Positions 40,935 through 49,254 of a stretch of DNA of 64,000 bases are shown here, piece by piece. Each line of letters starts with the position of its first letter. Within the stretch, counting starts at the first letter, position 1. The stretch spans positions 7,784-71,783 of the forward strand of contig DAICZS010000005.1 of assembly GCA_027311025.1 (NCBI GenBank), written 5' to 3'. The translations under genes and the position numbers were made by a program. The notes below the pieces were generated by a model. It saw nothing but the letters and a program-made list of their open reading frames with translations, was not told where the DNA came from and searched no databases. This DNA comes from Ferrovaceae bacterium. Its GTDB lineage: Bacteria > Pseudomonadota > Gammaproteobacteria > Burkholderiales > Ferrovaceae.

Positions 40935-41700
40935 CACTCTGTCAGATTTCACTTACTGCATCATCACCGGACTGGGGCTTTCAGATGAAACCACGGCCGT
41001 ATGCCCCAATTATCGCATCGAAACTGCGCTCGATATTTACCGCAATAATTATCGCGGCAACCTCCATGACGCGCTGAGCCATGCCTACCCCGTCATTGAA
41101 CAACTGGTAGGCAAGGACTATTTTCGGTACCTGTCGCGGCATTACGTGGATCGACACCCTTCTGTCAGTGGCAACCTTCATCAGTATGGCGCGGAAATGG
41201 CAGAATTTATTGCCGGCTTTGAATCTGCAAAAGGGCTGGCTTACCTGCCCGACGTTGCCGAACTGGAGTGGGCTTGCCATTGCGCCTATTTTGCGGAAGA
41301 TGCAGGCAAACTCGATGTCATGGCGCTCGCGAAAATCCCACAAGCGCAGTATGCCGACCTGATCCTGAATACGCATCCATCATGCCAGATGGTGCGTTCC
41401 GATTACCCGATTGCGTCCATATGGAATGCACATCAACCTGATGCCGATGGTGACTTCCACGTCACCCTGGATGGCATTCCATCCCATACCCTGGTCAGCC
41501 GGAAGGATCATGCAGTGAAAATCAGTGCGCTCTCTGAACCAGAAGCCACATGGCTGGCGTGGATCCGGTCAGGCGCCTCCCTGGGTAAGTCAACCGATGC
41601 GGCAGTAAATCAATGCGCTGCCTTTGACCTCCATGGCCTGCTGTTGAAATTGATCGATGACGGCGTTTTGATTCACTTTACTTTGAGGAGTACCCCATGA
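40915..41700 (+). CDS. bufC: DUF2063-family protein (MNIO partner / precursor-recognition subunit, BufC-like)
   Basis: About 261 aa from ATG 40915. DUF2063 blocks DIYRNNYRGNL, AYPVIEQLVG..YF and YLPDVAELEWA. 20-nt overlap with bufB. Confidence 0.82.
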   Translation: MMSRLHDTLSDFTYCIITGLGLSDETTAVCPNYRIETALDIYRNNYRGNLHDALSHAYPVIEQLVGKDYFRYLSRHYVDRHPSVSGNLHQYGAEMAEFIAGFESAKGLAYLPDVAELEWACHCAYFAEDAGKLDVMALAKIPQAQYADLILNTHPSCQMVRSDYPIASIWNAHQPDADGDFHVTLDGIPSHTLVSRKDHAVKISALSEPEATWLAWIRSGASLGKSTDAAVNQCAAFDLHGLLLKLIDDGVLIHFTLRSTP

Positions 41701-42179
41701 AAGCACTCTCATGCATGGCCAGGACTTATTACAGGGCATCACACTGGCCGGAATACCTGTCCCCCGTCATGGATCTTGGGCTAAGACTCTATCTTGCCCA
41801 GGTATTCTTCAAATCCGGATTGACAAAGATTTCCAATTGGCAGGGCACGCTATACCTGTTCAATGATGTATATCAGGTGCCGCTTCTGCCGCCGGAGGCC
41901 GCGGCCACCCTGGCGACCAGCGCAGAACTGGGGTTGCCCATATTACTGGTACTGGGTTTGTTGGGCAGATTATCCGCGGCAGGACTATTCATTCTCAATG
42001 CGGTTGCCGTCATTTCATATGCTGATTTAAGCGAGGGAGGCATCAACCAGCATATTTCATGGGGACTGCTACTCGCCGTCCTGCTCACACTCAACCACAA
42101 AAGCTGGTCAATGGATGCCTGGCTGGAAAAGCACCTGCAGGCAGCACCCCGAAAAAAATGCGTTGGTCGAGATGCCTAA
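41697..42179 (+). CDS. bufD: DoxX-family integral membrane protein (BufD-like)
   Basis: 160 aa with about 4 TM helices. DoxX-type RLYLAQVFFKSGLTK start. ATGA overlap with bufC. Confidence 0.8.
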   Translation: MKALSCMARTYYRASHWPEYLSPVMDLGLRLYLAQVFFKSGLTKISNWQGTLYLFNDVYQVPLLPPEAAATLATSAELGLPILLVLGLLGRLSAAGLFILNAVAVISYADLSEGGINQHISWGLLLAVLLTLNHKSWSMDAWLEKHLQAAPRKKCVGRDA

Positions 42180-43318
42180 TGCTTGCCTGACAGGAACTCG
42201 ATCACCGCAGCGTTAAACCGCTCTGGCTCCTCCAGATGTGGAACATGGCCTACGCCATCGAACTCCACCAGTTTGGCGCCGGGAATGGCCTGCTGTGCCG
42301 CCTTGCCCAGCACGGGAAAATTGCCAAGGGCCCTGACTCCGTCAGGGGAAACAAAGCGGCGACCAAACACGGTGCGGTCGAGCTGACCGATTACCAGCAG
42401 GGTCGGTACTTTCAGTTTTGGCAACTCGTTGAAGATGGGACCTTCATAAATCATTTGGTAGGTCAGCGCAGACACATGAGCGAAACGCGGGTATTCCGGG
42501 CTCTGCTGCACGCGCGAAAATTGCTCCACAAAGCGCTCGTATTCAGTTTTCCAGTTGGAAAAATAACCCTGGAGAAACTTGCGGTAGCTGTCGGGGGTTT
42601 GTGCCATTTCCAGTTTCACCAGCGCGGCCGTGTTCTGTGGCGGTATGCTGGCCCGATAATCTTCCAGACCCAAGGGATTTTCCAGAACCAGCGCCCAGAC
42701 GCGCTCGGGATGACGATTGGCAAAATGGACGCCCAGCATTCCTCCCATGCTGTTGGCAACGATCGCTATGCGCCCTGTTTTCAGGGTATCCAGCAGCAGC
42801 GTGGTATTGGAGACCAGCTGCTCGAAAGTGTAACGCGACTCCGGCTTCGATGATTTTCCAAAACCGATCTGATCTGGGGCAATGACTCGATAACCACGCT
42901 CGGACAAAGCCCGTATGGTTTGGGCCCAGTAATCAGAGCCAAAATTCTTGCCGTGGAGCAGCACCACCGTGCGCCCATTGGGATGAGCGGGCTGCACATC
43001 CATGTACGTCATGCGCAAAATCCGGCCGTGCTCCTTGAATTGCATCATCTGCGTTGGGTACGGATAAACCCAGCCTTCCATGGCAACACCCAGCGGCTCT
43101 GCTCCTGCATAGGGATGGGACACTGCAATGGCAGTTGACGGGGTGGCAATCGGCACTGTGTCGACCGGAAATTTTGCTGGTGACGCCAATGCTGCGGGAT
43201 TCGGTGTTGCCGTTGCAGTTGCAGCCAAGGTTGCAGGAGCCGATGGCAGCTGAAAATCGGCGCAACCCGCCAGCAATGCGGACACAATGAACAGGAGGAT
43301 ATGGAACGGGCGGAGCAT
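42176..43318 (-). CDS. alpha/beta-fold hydrolase, lipoprotein
   Basis: 380 aa. Lipobox LLAGC at residues 15-19, HG oxyanion block VVLLHGKNF, and nucleophile elbow ANSMGG. Confidence 0.75.
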   Translation of the reverse strand: MLRPFHILLFIVSALLAGCADFQLPSAPATLAATATATPNPAALASPAKFPVDTVPIATPSTAIAVSHPYAGAEPLGVAMEGWVYPYPTQMMQFKEHGRILRMTYMDVQPAHPNGRTVVLLHGKNFGSDYWAQTIRALSERGYRVIAPDQIGFGKSSKPESRYTFEQLVSNTTLLLDTLKTGRIAIVANSMGGMLGVHFANRHPERVWALVLENPLGLEDYRASIPPQNTAALVKLEMAQTPDSYRKFLQGYFSNWKTEYERFVEQFSRVQQSPEYPRFAHVSALTYQMIYEGPIFNELPKLKVPTLLVIGQLDRTVFGRRFVSPDGVRALGNFPVLGKAAQQAIPGAKLVEFDGVGHVPHLEEPERFNAAVIEFLSGKH

Positions 43319-43338
43319 CTTTGTCTCTAATTATTTTA

Positions 43339-43423
43339 TGGTGCCGTGGAGAGGACTCGAACCTCCACACCTTGCGGCGGCAGGACCTAAACCTGCTGCG
43401 TCTACCAATTTCGCCACCACGGC
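43339..43423 (-). tRNA. tRNA-Leu (anticodon TAG)
   Basis: Reverse complement reads GCCGTGGTGGCGAAATTGGTAGACGCAGCAGGTTTAGGTCCTGCCGCCGCAAGGTGTGGAGGTTCGAGTCCTCTCCACGGCACCA. Long variable arm. Anticodon loop TTTAGGT. Confidence 0.93.
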
Positions 43424-43494
43424 ATGAGCCCTCTATTTTAGCAGCAGCAACCCTGTATGGCGATGGCATGATGATGCTGCTATCCTGACGGACT

Positions 43495-44217
43495 ATGAAT
43501 ACGCACCCCCTTCAATCACGCGTCATCCTGGTCACGGGTGCCGGTTCTGGCCTCGGACGCCATGCGGCGCGTGCCTTTGCTGCCCAGGGCGCCTCCGTCC
43601 TGTTGCTGGGCCGCAATGAACGCCGTCTCAACGGGGTCTATGACGAGCTCGTTGCAGCAGGATTTGCACAGCCCGCCGTGATCCCTTTCGATCTTTCCGA
43701 GGCTGATGAACCGCGTTTCCAGGCATTGGCCCAGATGATCGAGCGGGAAATGGGCCGACTCGACGGCATCCTGCACAGTGCCAGCCACTATGTGAAACTG
43801 GGCCCGCTCTCGCAGCAGCATCTCAAGCAGTGGCAGCCCACCTTCGCCACCAACGTATTCGCACCCTTTGGCTTGACGCAGGCCTGCCTGCCGTTACTCA
43901 ACGAGTCCCCAGACGCATCCGTATTGTTTACGGCTGAAGAACATGGCTTGAAGCCTGCCGCCTATTGGGGTGGTTTTGGCGTCAGCAATGCTGCCCTGAT
44001 CGCACTTGCCAAGATCTTTGCGGATGAACATGCCCAACAACCGCACCTGCGCTTCAACGTACTGATTCCTGGTCAGGTGGCCTCGCCCATGCGCAACCGC
44101 ACCCACCCGGGTGAAGTGGGTGAACTGCTGCGACAACCCGCAAGTCTGATGGAAACCTATTGCTACTGGATGGGGCCGGAGAGCGCGGGACGAACGGGCG
44201 AGATCATTCGCCCCTGA
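43495..44217 (+). CDS. SDR-family oxidoreductase (YciK-like)
   Basis: 240 aa. Rossmann motif VTGAGSGLG and an SDR catalytic region. Confidence 0.8.
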   Translation: MNTHPLQSRVILVTGAGSGLGRHAARAFAAQGASVLLLGRNERRLNGVYDELVAAGFAQPAVIPFDLSEADEPRFQALAQMIEREMGRLDGILHSASHYVKLGPLSQQHLKQWQPTFATNVFAPFGLTQACLPLLNESPDASVLFTAEEHGLKPAAYWGGFGVSNAALIALAKIFADEHAQQPHLRFNVLIPGQVASPMRNRTHPGEVGELLRQPASLMETYCYWMGPESAGRTGEIIRP

Positions 44218-45565
44218 AGATTGCAGATACCGCGCGATCCACACGGTCCACGGTAGTAACCTGAATGCCCTCGATGGGTTGACGCGGGGCGTTGCCCTTC
44301 GGTATCAGGGCATGGGTGAATCCTAATTTTGCCGCTTCTTTCAAACGTTCCTGGCCTCGCTGAACGGGCCGTACTTCGCCCGCCAAACCCACTTCACCAA
44401 AGACCACCCATTTCTCGGGCAAGGGTTTGCCTCGCAAACTCGAGACCACGGCCAGCATCACGGCCAGATCCGCAGCCGGCTCGGCAATCCGTACGCCAGA
44501 GACCGCATTGATGAAGACATCCTGATCTGCACAGGCCACACCGGCATGCCGGTGCAGTACCGCCAGCAATAAAGCCAGCCGATTCTGTTCCAGTCCCACC
44601 GACAACCGTTTTGGCGTGCCCTGTTGTGCTTCGTCCAGCAGGGCCTGAATCTCCACAGCCAGGGGACGTGTACCTTCCAGCGTAACGGTGATGCAGGATC
44701 CTGGCACTGGTGCATCGTAGTGCGAGAGGAACATGGCTGACGGATTGGTGACTTCGCGCAAGCCCGTTTCGGTCATGGCAAAGACACCCAGCTCATTGAC
44801 GGCACCAAATCGGTTCTTGGCGGCACGCACCAGACGAAAACTCGAGCTGCTGTCCCCTTCAAAATACAGCACTGTATCCACGATATGCTCCAGCACGCGC
44901 GGACCAGCCAGCGATCCTTCCTTGGTCACGTGGCCTACCAACACCAGCACGGGCCCCTGCCCTTTGGCCGTGCGCGTCAGTTGTGCCGCGCATTCGCGCA
45001 CCTGAGAGACAGAGCCGGGTGCAGATTCCAGCGCATCGCTGTAGATGGTCTGGATGGAGTCAATAACCACCAGTGTGGGTCGGTTTTGCTGGATGGCCTG
45101 AAGGATTTTTTCCAGCTGGATTTCGGGCAGCAGGGCCACGCGGCCGGAATCCACCTTGAGTCGCTGCGCGCGCGAGGCCACCTGCTCGGGGGATTCCTCA
45201 CCAGTCACGTACATCACCGGGTGATTGCGGCTGACCTGGGCAAGGGCCTGCAGCAACAGCGTGGATTTGCCTATGCCAGGATCACCGCCCAGCAGCACAA
45301 CCCCTCCAGGGACGAATCCACCTCCCAAAACGCGGTCGAACTCAGAGATGCCGGAACTCAACCGGGCGGTCGCTTCTGCGCGCACGTTACCCAGCATCTG
45401 CAGCGGTTTGGATTCAGTCAGTGGCGAATAACGGGAGGGTACTGCAGTTTCAGGACGGGATTCCACCAGCGTGTTCCAGGCCTGGCAATGGGGACACTGT
45501 CCCTGCCATTTTGTAGATTGCCCACCGCATTCGGTGCAGACATAAATGGCTTTGGTGCGCGCCAC
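44204..45565 (-). CDS. radA: DNA repair protein RadA
   Basis: 453 aa. GTG start. Zn finger CTECGGQSTKWQGQCPHC, Walker A GDPGIGKST, KNRFG motif and a Lon-like C-terminal domain. Confidence 0.95.
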   Translation of the reverse strand: MARTKAIYVCTECGGQSTKWQGQCPHCQAWNTLVESRPETAVPSRYSPLTESKPLQMLGNVRAEATARLSSGISEFDRVLGGGFVPGGVVLLGGDPGIGKSTLLLQALAQVSRNHPVMYVTGEESPEQVASRAQRLKVDSGRVALLPEIQLEKILQAIQQNRPTLVVIDSIQTIYSDALESAPGSVSQVRECAAQLTRTAKGQGPVLVLVGHVTKEGSLAGPRVLEHIVDTVLYFEGDSSSSFRLVRAAKNRFGAVNELGVFAMTETGLREVTNPSAMFLSHYDAPVPGSCITVTLEGTRPLAVEIQALLDEAQQGTPKRLSVGLEQNRLALLLAVLHRHAGVACADQDVFINAVSGVRIAEPAADLAVMLAVVSSLRGKPLPEKWVVFGEVGLAGEVRPVQRGQERLKEAAKLGFTHALIPKGNAPRQPIEGIQVTTVDRVDRAVSAIFRGE

Positions 45566-45570
45566 GGGGA

Positions 45571-46959
45571 TCAGTAATCGCTGCTCTGGAAGTGACCGCC
45601 ACCCGCATGGGCAAAATTCTCGAAACGCGTGTAATGGCCAAGGAAGGTCAGGCGTACGGTGCCAATGGGGCCGTTGCGCTGCTTGCCGATGATAATTTCG
45701 GCCACTCCCTTGTCGGGCGAGTCCTCGTTGTACACTTCGTCGCGATAGATGAACAGGATGACGTCGGCATCCTGCTCGATGGCACCCGATTCGCGCAAAT
45801 CAGACATGACCGGGCGCTTGTTGGGACGTTGTTCCAGGCCGCGGTTGAGCTGTGAGAGTGCCATTACGGGCACGTGCAGCTCTTTTGCCAAAGCCTTGAG
45901 TGAACGTGAGATTTCAGAGATTTCCGTAGCCCGGTTTTCACCTGACTTGGCGGAGGTCATCAACTGCAGGTAGTCCACCACGATGAGGCCCAGCCCACCA
46001 TACTGGCGATGCAGGCGCCGCGCGCGCGCGCGCAGATCCATGGGGTTGAGCGCCGCGGATTCATCGATGTAGATGGGCACCTCGCTCAGCTCACCCATGG
46101 CCCGGGTCAGGCGGCCAAAGTCCTCACTCTTGAGGCGGCCAGTACGCAGATCCTGCTGGTTGAGCCGGCCATGAGAGCCCAACAGGCGCATGGCAAGCTG
46201 GCTTGAGGACATTTCCATGCTGAATATGGCCACGGGTAGTTTGGTATTCACGCCCACGTTACTGGCAATGTTCAGGGCAAAGGCTGTTTTTCCCATGGAA
46301 GGCCGCCCCGCCACGATGACGAGATCGCCTTGCTGCAGTCCTGAAGTTTTTTCATCCAGATCAGCAAAGCCCGAAGGGACGCCAGTGACGGGATCATGGT
46401 TACCTGAACGGTACAACTCATCCACCCGCTCCACCACTTCAGCCAGCGGATCGCGTAGCGGCCGAAACCCTTGTGTGGCGCGCGAACCGCGTTCGGCGAT
46501 GTGGAATACCTTGGCTTCGGCTTCGTCGAGCAATGCGCGTGCATCGCGACCAGAAGGGCTCAAGGCGCTTTCCGTGATTTCAGTGCCTACTTGAACGAGG
46601 CCCCGCATCAAGGATCGTTCCCGGACGATCTCGGCGTAACGGCGAATATTGGCGGCGCTCGGCGTATTGTGCGCGAGTGCGCCCAGGTAGGCCAGGCCTC
46701 CGACGCTTTCCAGCTCGCCCCGCAGCGTCAGTTCTTCAGTGACGGTAAGAATGTCGGCTGGACGCGATCGGTCCAGCAATGCCATGACGGCACGATATAT
46801 TTTGCGATGATCATCGCGGTAGAAATCGGACTCACTGACCTGGTCTCCAATTTTTTCCCAGGCCAGATTGTCCAGTAGCAGACCACCCAACACCGCCTGT
46901 TCCGCCTCGATGTTATGAGGCGGAACCCGGAGCGTGTCCATGGCGGCGTCGTCTGCCAT
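45571..46959 (-). CDS. dnaB: replicative DNA helicase
   Basis: 462 aa. PHNIEAEQAVLG N-terminus and Walker A GRPSMGKTAF. Confidence 0.96.
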   Translation of the reverse strand: MADDAAMDTLRVPPHNIEAEQAVLGGLLLDNLAWEKIGDQVSESDFYRDDHRKIYRAVMALLDRSRPADILTVTEELTLRGELESVGGLAYLGALAHNTPSAANIRRYAEIVRERSLMRGLVQVGTEITESALSPSGRDARALLDEAEAKVFHIAERGSRATQGFRPLRDPLAEVVERVDELYRSGNHDPVTGVPSGFADLDEKTSGLQQGDLVIVAGRPSMGKTAFALNIASNVGVNTKLPVAIFSMEMSSSQLAMRLLGSHGRLNQQDLRTGRLKSEDFGRLTRAMGELSEVPIYIDESAALNPMDLRARARRLHRQYGGLGLIVVDYLQLMTSAKSGENRATEISEISRSLKALAKELHVPVMALSQLNRGLEQRPNKRPVMSDLRESGAIEQDADVILFIYRDEVYNEDSPDKGVAEIIIGKQRNGPIGTVRLTFLGHYTRFENFAHAGGGHFQSSDY

Positions 46960-46970
46960 AAAGCGGGGGA

Positions 46971-47420
46971 TCAGCTCTCTCCCAGCACCGAAACCATGAT
47001 GTCCGCTGAGACATCGCCGTGCAGTGCCAGCGTCACAGGGTGATCGCCCACCGTCTTCAAAGGACCATTAGGCAGTCGTACTTCCGACTTGGTAGCTTCG
47101 AAACCCTGGGCTTTCAGGGCCTCGACGATGTCAAGGTTGGTGACGGAGCCAAACAGACGACCATCAACCCCGGCCTTCTGCGTGACCTGCACCAGCAGGC
47201 CAGCAAGCTTCTCTGCACGGGCATGCGCGGAAGAAAGGGCTTCCTGTTGTTGCTTTTCCAGCTCGGCTCGGCGGGCTTCAAACTCCTTGCGGTTGTTTTC
47301 AGTGGCGCGCTTGGCCTTGCCCTGAGGAATCAGAAAATTGCGTGCGTAGCCTTCCTTGACCTTGACGATATCGCCCAACTGGCCCAGGTTCACTACTTTT
47401 TCCATGAGGATGACTTCCAT
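46971..47420 (-). CDS. rplI: 50S ribosomal protein L9
   Basis: 149 aa. [36 protein letters not shown]. Confidence 0.96.
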   Translation of the reverse strand: MEVILMEKVVNLGQLGDIVKVKEGYARNFLIPQGKAKRATENNRKEFEARRAELEKQQQEALSSAHARAEKLAGLLVQVTQKAGVDGRLFGSVTNLDIVEALKAQGFEATKSEVRLPNGPLKTVGDHPVTLALHGDVSADIMVSVLGES

Positions 47421-47431
47421 GGTGAATCTCC

Positions 47432-47710
47432 TTAATGCAAATCAGTGTAGGGCAGCAAAGCCAGGAAGCGTGCACGTTTCACAGCAGTGCTCAGCTGACG
47501 CTGGTAGATCGCCTTGGTACCGGTAATCCGGGCCGGGATGATCTTGCCATTTTCATTGATGAAATCCTTCAGCAGATCCACATCCTTGTAGTCCACCCAG
47601 TCAATCTTCTCTACAGTAAACCGGCAGAACTTGCGACGGCGGAACATTCCGCCACGGTTGCTGTTGCGTGCATCTTTCTTGCCATCTTTCTTTTTGGTAG
47701 GACGAGCCAT
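47432..47710 (-). CDS. rpsR: 30S ribosomal protein S18
   Basis: ATG 47710 (MARPTKKK...RRKFCRFT...YKD..LLKDFI...[10 protein letters not shown]). Confidence 0.95.
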   Translation of the reverse strand: MARPTKKKDGKKDARNSNRGGMFRRRKFCRFTVEKIDWVDYKDVDLLKDFINENGKIIPARITGTKAIYQRQLSTAVKRARFLALLPYTDLH

Positions 47711-47711
47711 T

Positions 47712-48017
47712 TCACTCTCCGTCAATTAACTTAAATTGTTCGGCGCGCATGACAAACTGGCGACTGTTGCGGCTCTTTTTGGCCAGAAACCCTTTCAACA
47801 TGATTCGGGTTCCGGGGCCCAGACGGTCCAACTGCACCGCCACCTCACCCAACACGGACACAGTCATATCGAGCTGTGCCTTGAATGTCTGGCCGGCTTC
47901 CAGTTGTTCTGATTCGTGTTGCAATACGAAATTCAGTACGGGAAGGCCTGCCGGGGTATAGCGCAACAGATCGCGAGTTGCGATGACGCCACTCAGGACC
48001 AGTTCGTTCCGGCTCAA
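47712..48017 (-). CDS. priB: primosomal replication protein N (PriB, SSB-fold)
   Basis: 101 aa lying between rpsF and rpsR as in beta/gamma-proteobacteria. TTG start inside a TTGA overlap with the rpsF stop. Confidence 0.85.
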   Translation of the reverse strand: MSRNELVLSGVIATRDLLRYTPAGLPVLNFVLQHESEQLEAGQTFKAQLDMTVSVLGEVAVQLDRLGPGTRIMLKGFLAKKSRNSRQFVMRAEQFKLIDGE

Positions 48018-48403
48018 GAGGCCGGCGCCGCCTCCGCCACGGGCTCAATGTCGCGAAGGCCTTCTTCGCGGGGCTGTGCACGCTTGTCTTCACGCATCAT
48101 GGGGGAAGGTGCGGTCACTGCAGCCTTCATCTGGATGGTGAGGTGACGCAGAACGGCATCATTGAAGCGGAATGCATTTTCGAGCTCACTCAACACGGCG
48201 CTTTCGCACTCGATGTTCATGAGCACGTAATGTGCCTTGTGAATTTTCTGGATGGGATAGGCCAGTTGACGGCGGCCCCAGTCTTCCAGGCGATGGACGA
48301 TGCCGCCGCCCTGGGTGACCATGTTCCGGTAACGCTCGACCATGGCGCCCACTTGCTCGCTCTGGTCGGGATGCACGATGAATACAATCTCGTAATGCCT
48401 CAT
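48014..48403 (-). CDS. rpsF: 30S ribosomal protein S6
   Basis: ATG 48403 after [24 protein letters not shown]. Confidence 0.95.
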   Translation of the reverse strand: MRHYEIVFIVHPDQSEQVGAMVERYRNMVTQGGGIVHRLEDWGRRQLAYPIQKIHKAHYVLMNIECESAVLSELENAFRFNDAVLRHLTIQMKAAVTAPSPMMREDKRAQPREEGLRDIEPVAEAAPAS

Positions 48404-48488
48404 TAAGTTCTCCTTTTGGATAAGCCGCACCAGGGCGGCTAAGCCTGCACCGATGAGCGCAGTACAGGCAAGGTTTCAGGGAGCGGGT

Positions 48489-48517
48489 ATTCTATAGAAA
48501 AACTCTCGTGAAATCAA
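48489..48517 (-). promoter_or_regulatory. sigma70-type promoter of the rpsF operon (TTGATT-17-TAGAAT)
   Basis: Minus strand reads ttgatt tcacgagagtttttcta tagaat. The -35 is at 48512-48517 and overlaps the rlmB stop; the -10 is at 48489-48494. Confidence 0.55.
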
Positions 48518-49248
48518 GGATTCCGGCGTCGCGTCTCATAAAGACATATCCCTGCCGCCACGGAAACGTTAAGGGATTCCACCGAGCCAAACATGGGGAT
48601 GCGTACCAGCTGATCGCAATTTTCCTTCGTCAGCCGGCGCAGCCCTGCCCCCTCGGCTCCCAGCACCCAGGCCATGGGGCGTTGAAACCGGGCGGTAAAG
48701 AGGTCATCCTTGGCCTGATCGTCCGTACCCACCACCCAAACCGCGTGGTCCTTCAAATCCCGCAGGGTGCGCGCCAGATTGGTGACAGTGATGTAGGGTA
48801 CGGTCTCGGCGGCTCCTGAGGCCACTTTGGAGACGGTAGGAGACAGCGAAACCGCCCGGTCGCGAGGCGCCACGACCGCGTGTGCACCCATGGCATCCGC
48901 TACGCGCAGGCAGGCACCCAGATTATGCGGATCCTGAACGCCATCCAGCACCAGCAGCAACAGGTCCTGCCCTGCCCCCTCCACGAGTTCATCCAGATCA
49001 ACGCGCAATGCCACGGCATCGGCCTGTGCCACCACCCCCTGATGCCGGGAAGTGCCGGCCATGCCATTCAAGCGTTCAGCAGGCACGGCGTGCACGGGCA
49101 CACCGGCGGTTTGCGCCAGGGCCAGAAAATCCCTGGCACGGGGATCCTTTCTCGAAACGTCCACATAAAGTTCGCGGATGGTTTCTGGATGATGCCGCAA
49201 GCGACTGGCTACGGCATGAAAACCGTAGATGACTTTGAGTTTGGCCAT
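48514..49248 (-). CDS. rlmB: 23S rRNA (guanosine-2'-O)-methyltransferase RlmB (SpoU family)
   Basis: 244 aa. SpoU/TrmH motifs [21 protein letters not shown] and [10 protein letters not shown]. Canonical rnr-rlmB pairing. Confidence 0.9.
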   Translation of the reverse strand: MAKLKVIYGFHAVASRLRHHPETIRELYVDVSRKDPRARDFLALAQTAGVPVHAVPAERLNGMAGTSRHQGVVAQADAVALRVDLDELVEGAGQDLLLLVLDGVQDPHNLGACLRVADAMGAHAVVAPRDRAVSLSPTVSKVASGAAETVPYITVTNLARTLRDLKDHAVWVVGTDDQAKDDLFTARFQRPMAWVLGAEGAGLRRLTKENCDQLVRIPMFGSVESLNVSVAAGICLYETRRRNP

Positions 49249-49254
49249 GGTCTG

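Noticed and set aside
46019-46033. Alternating (CG)n runs (also about 60842-60854), possible Z-DNA or repeat elements
   Set aside because: Both lie inside well-supported CDS (dnaB, hflC) and encode Arg-Ala-Arg stretches in frame. The run is composition-driven rather than a separate element.
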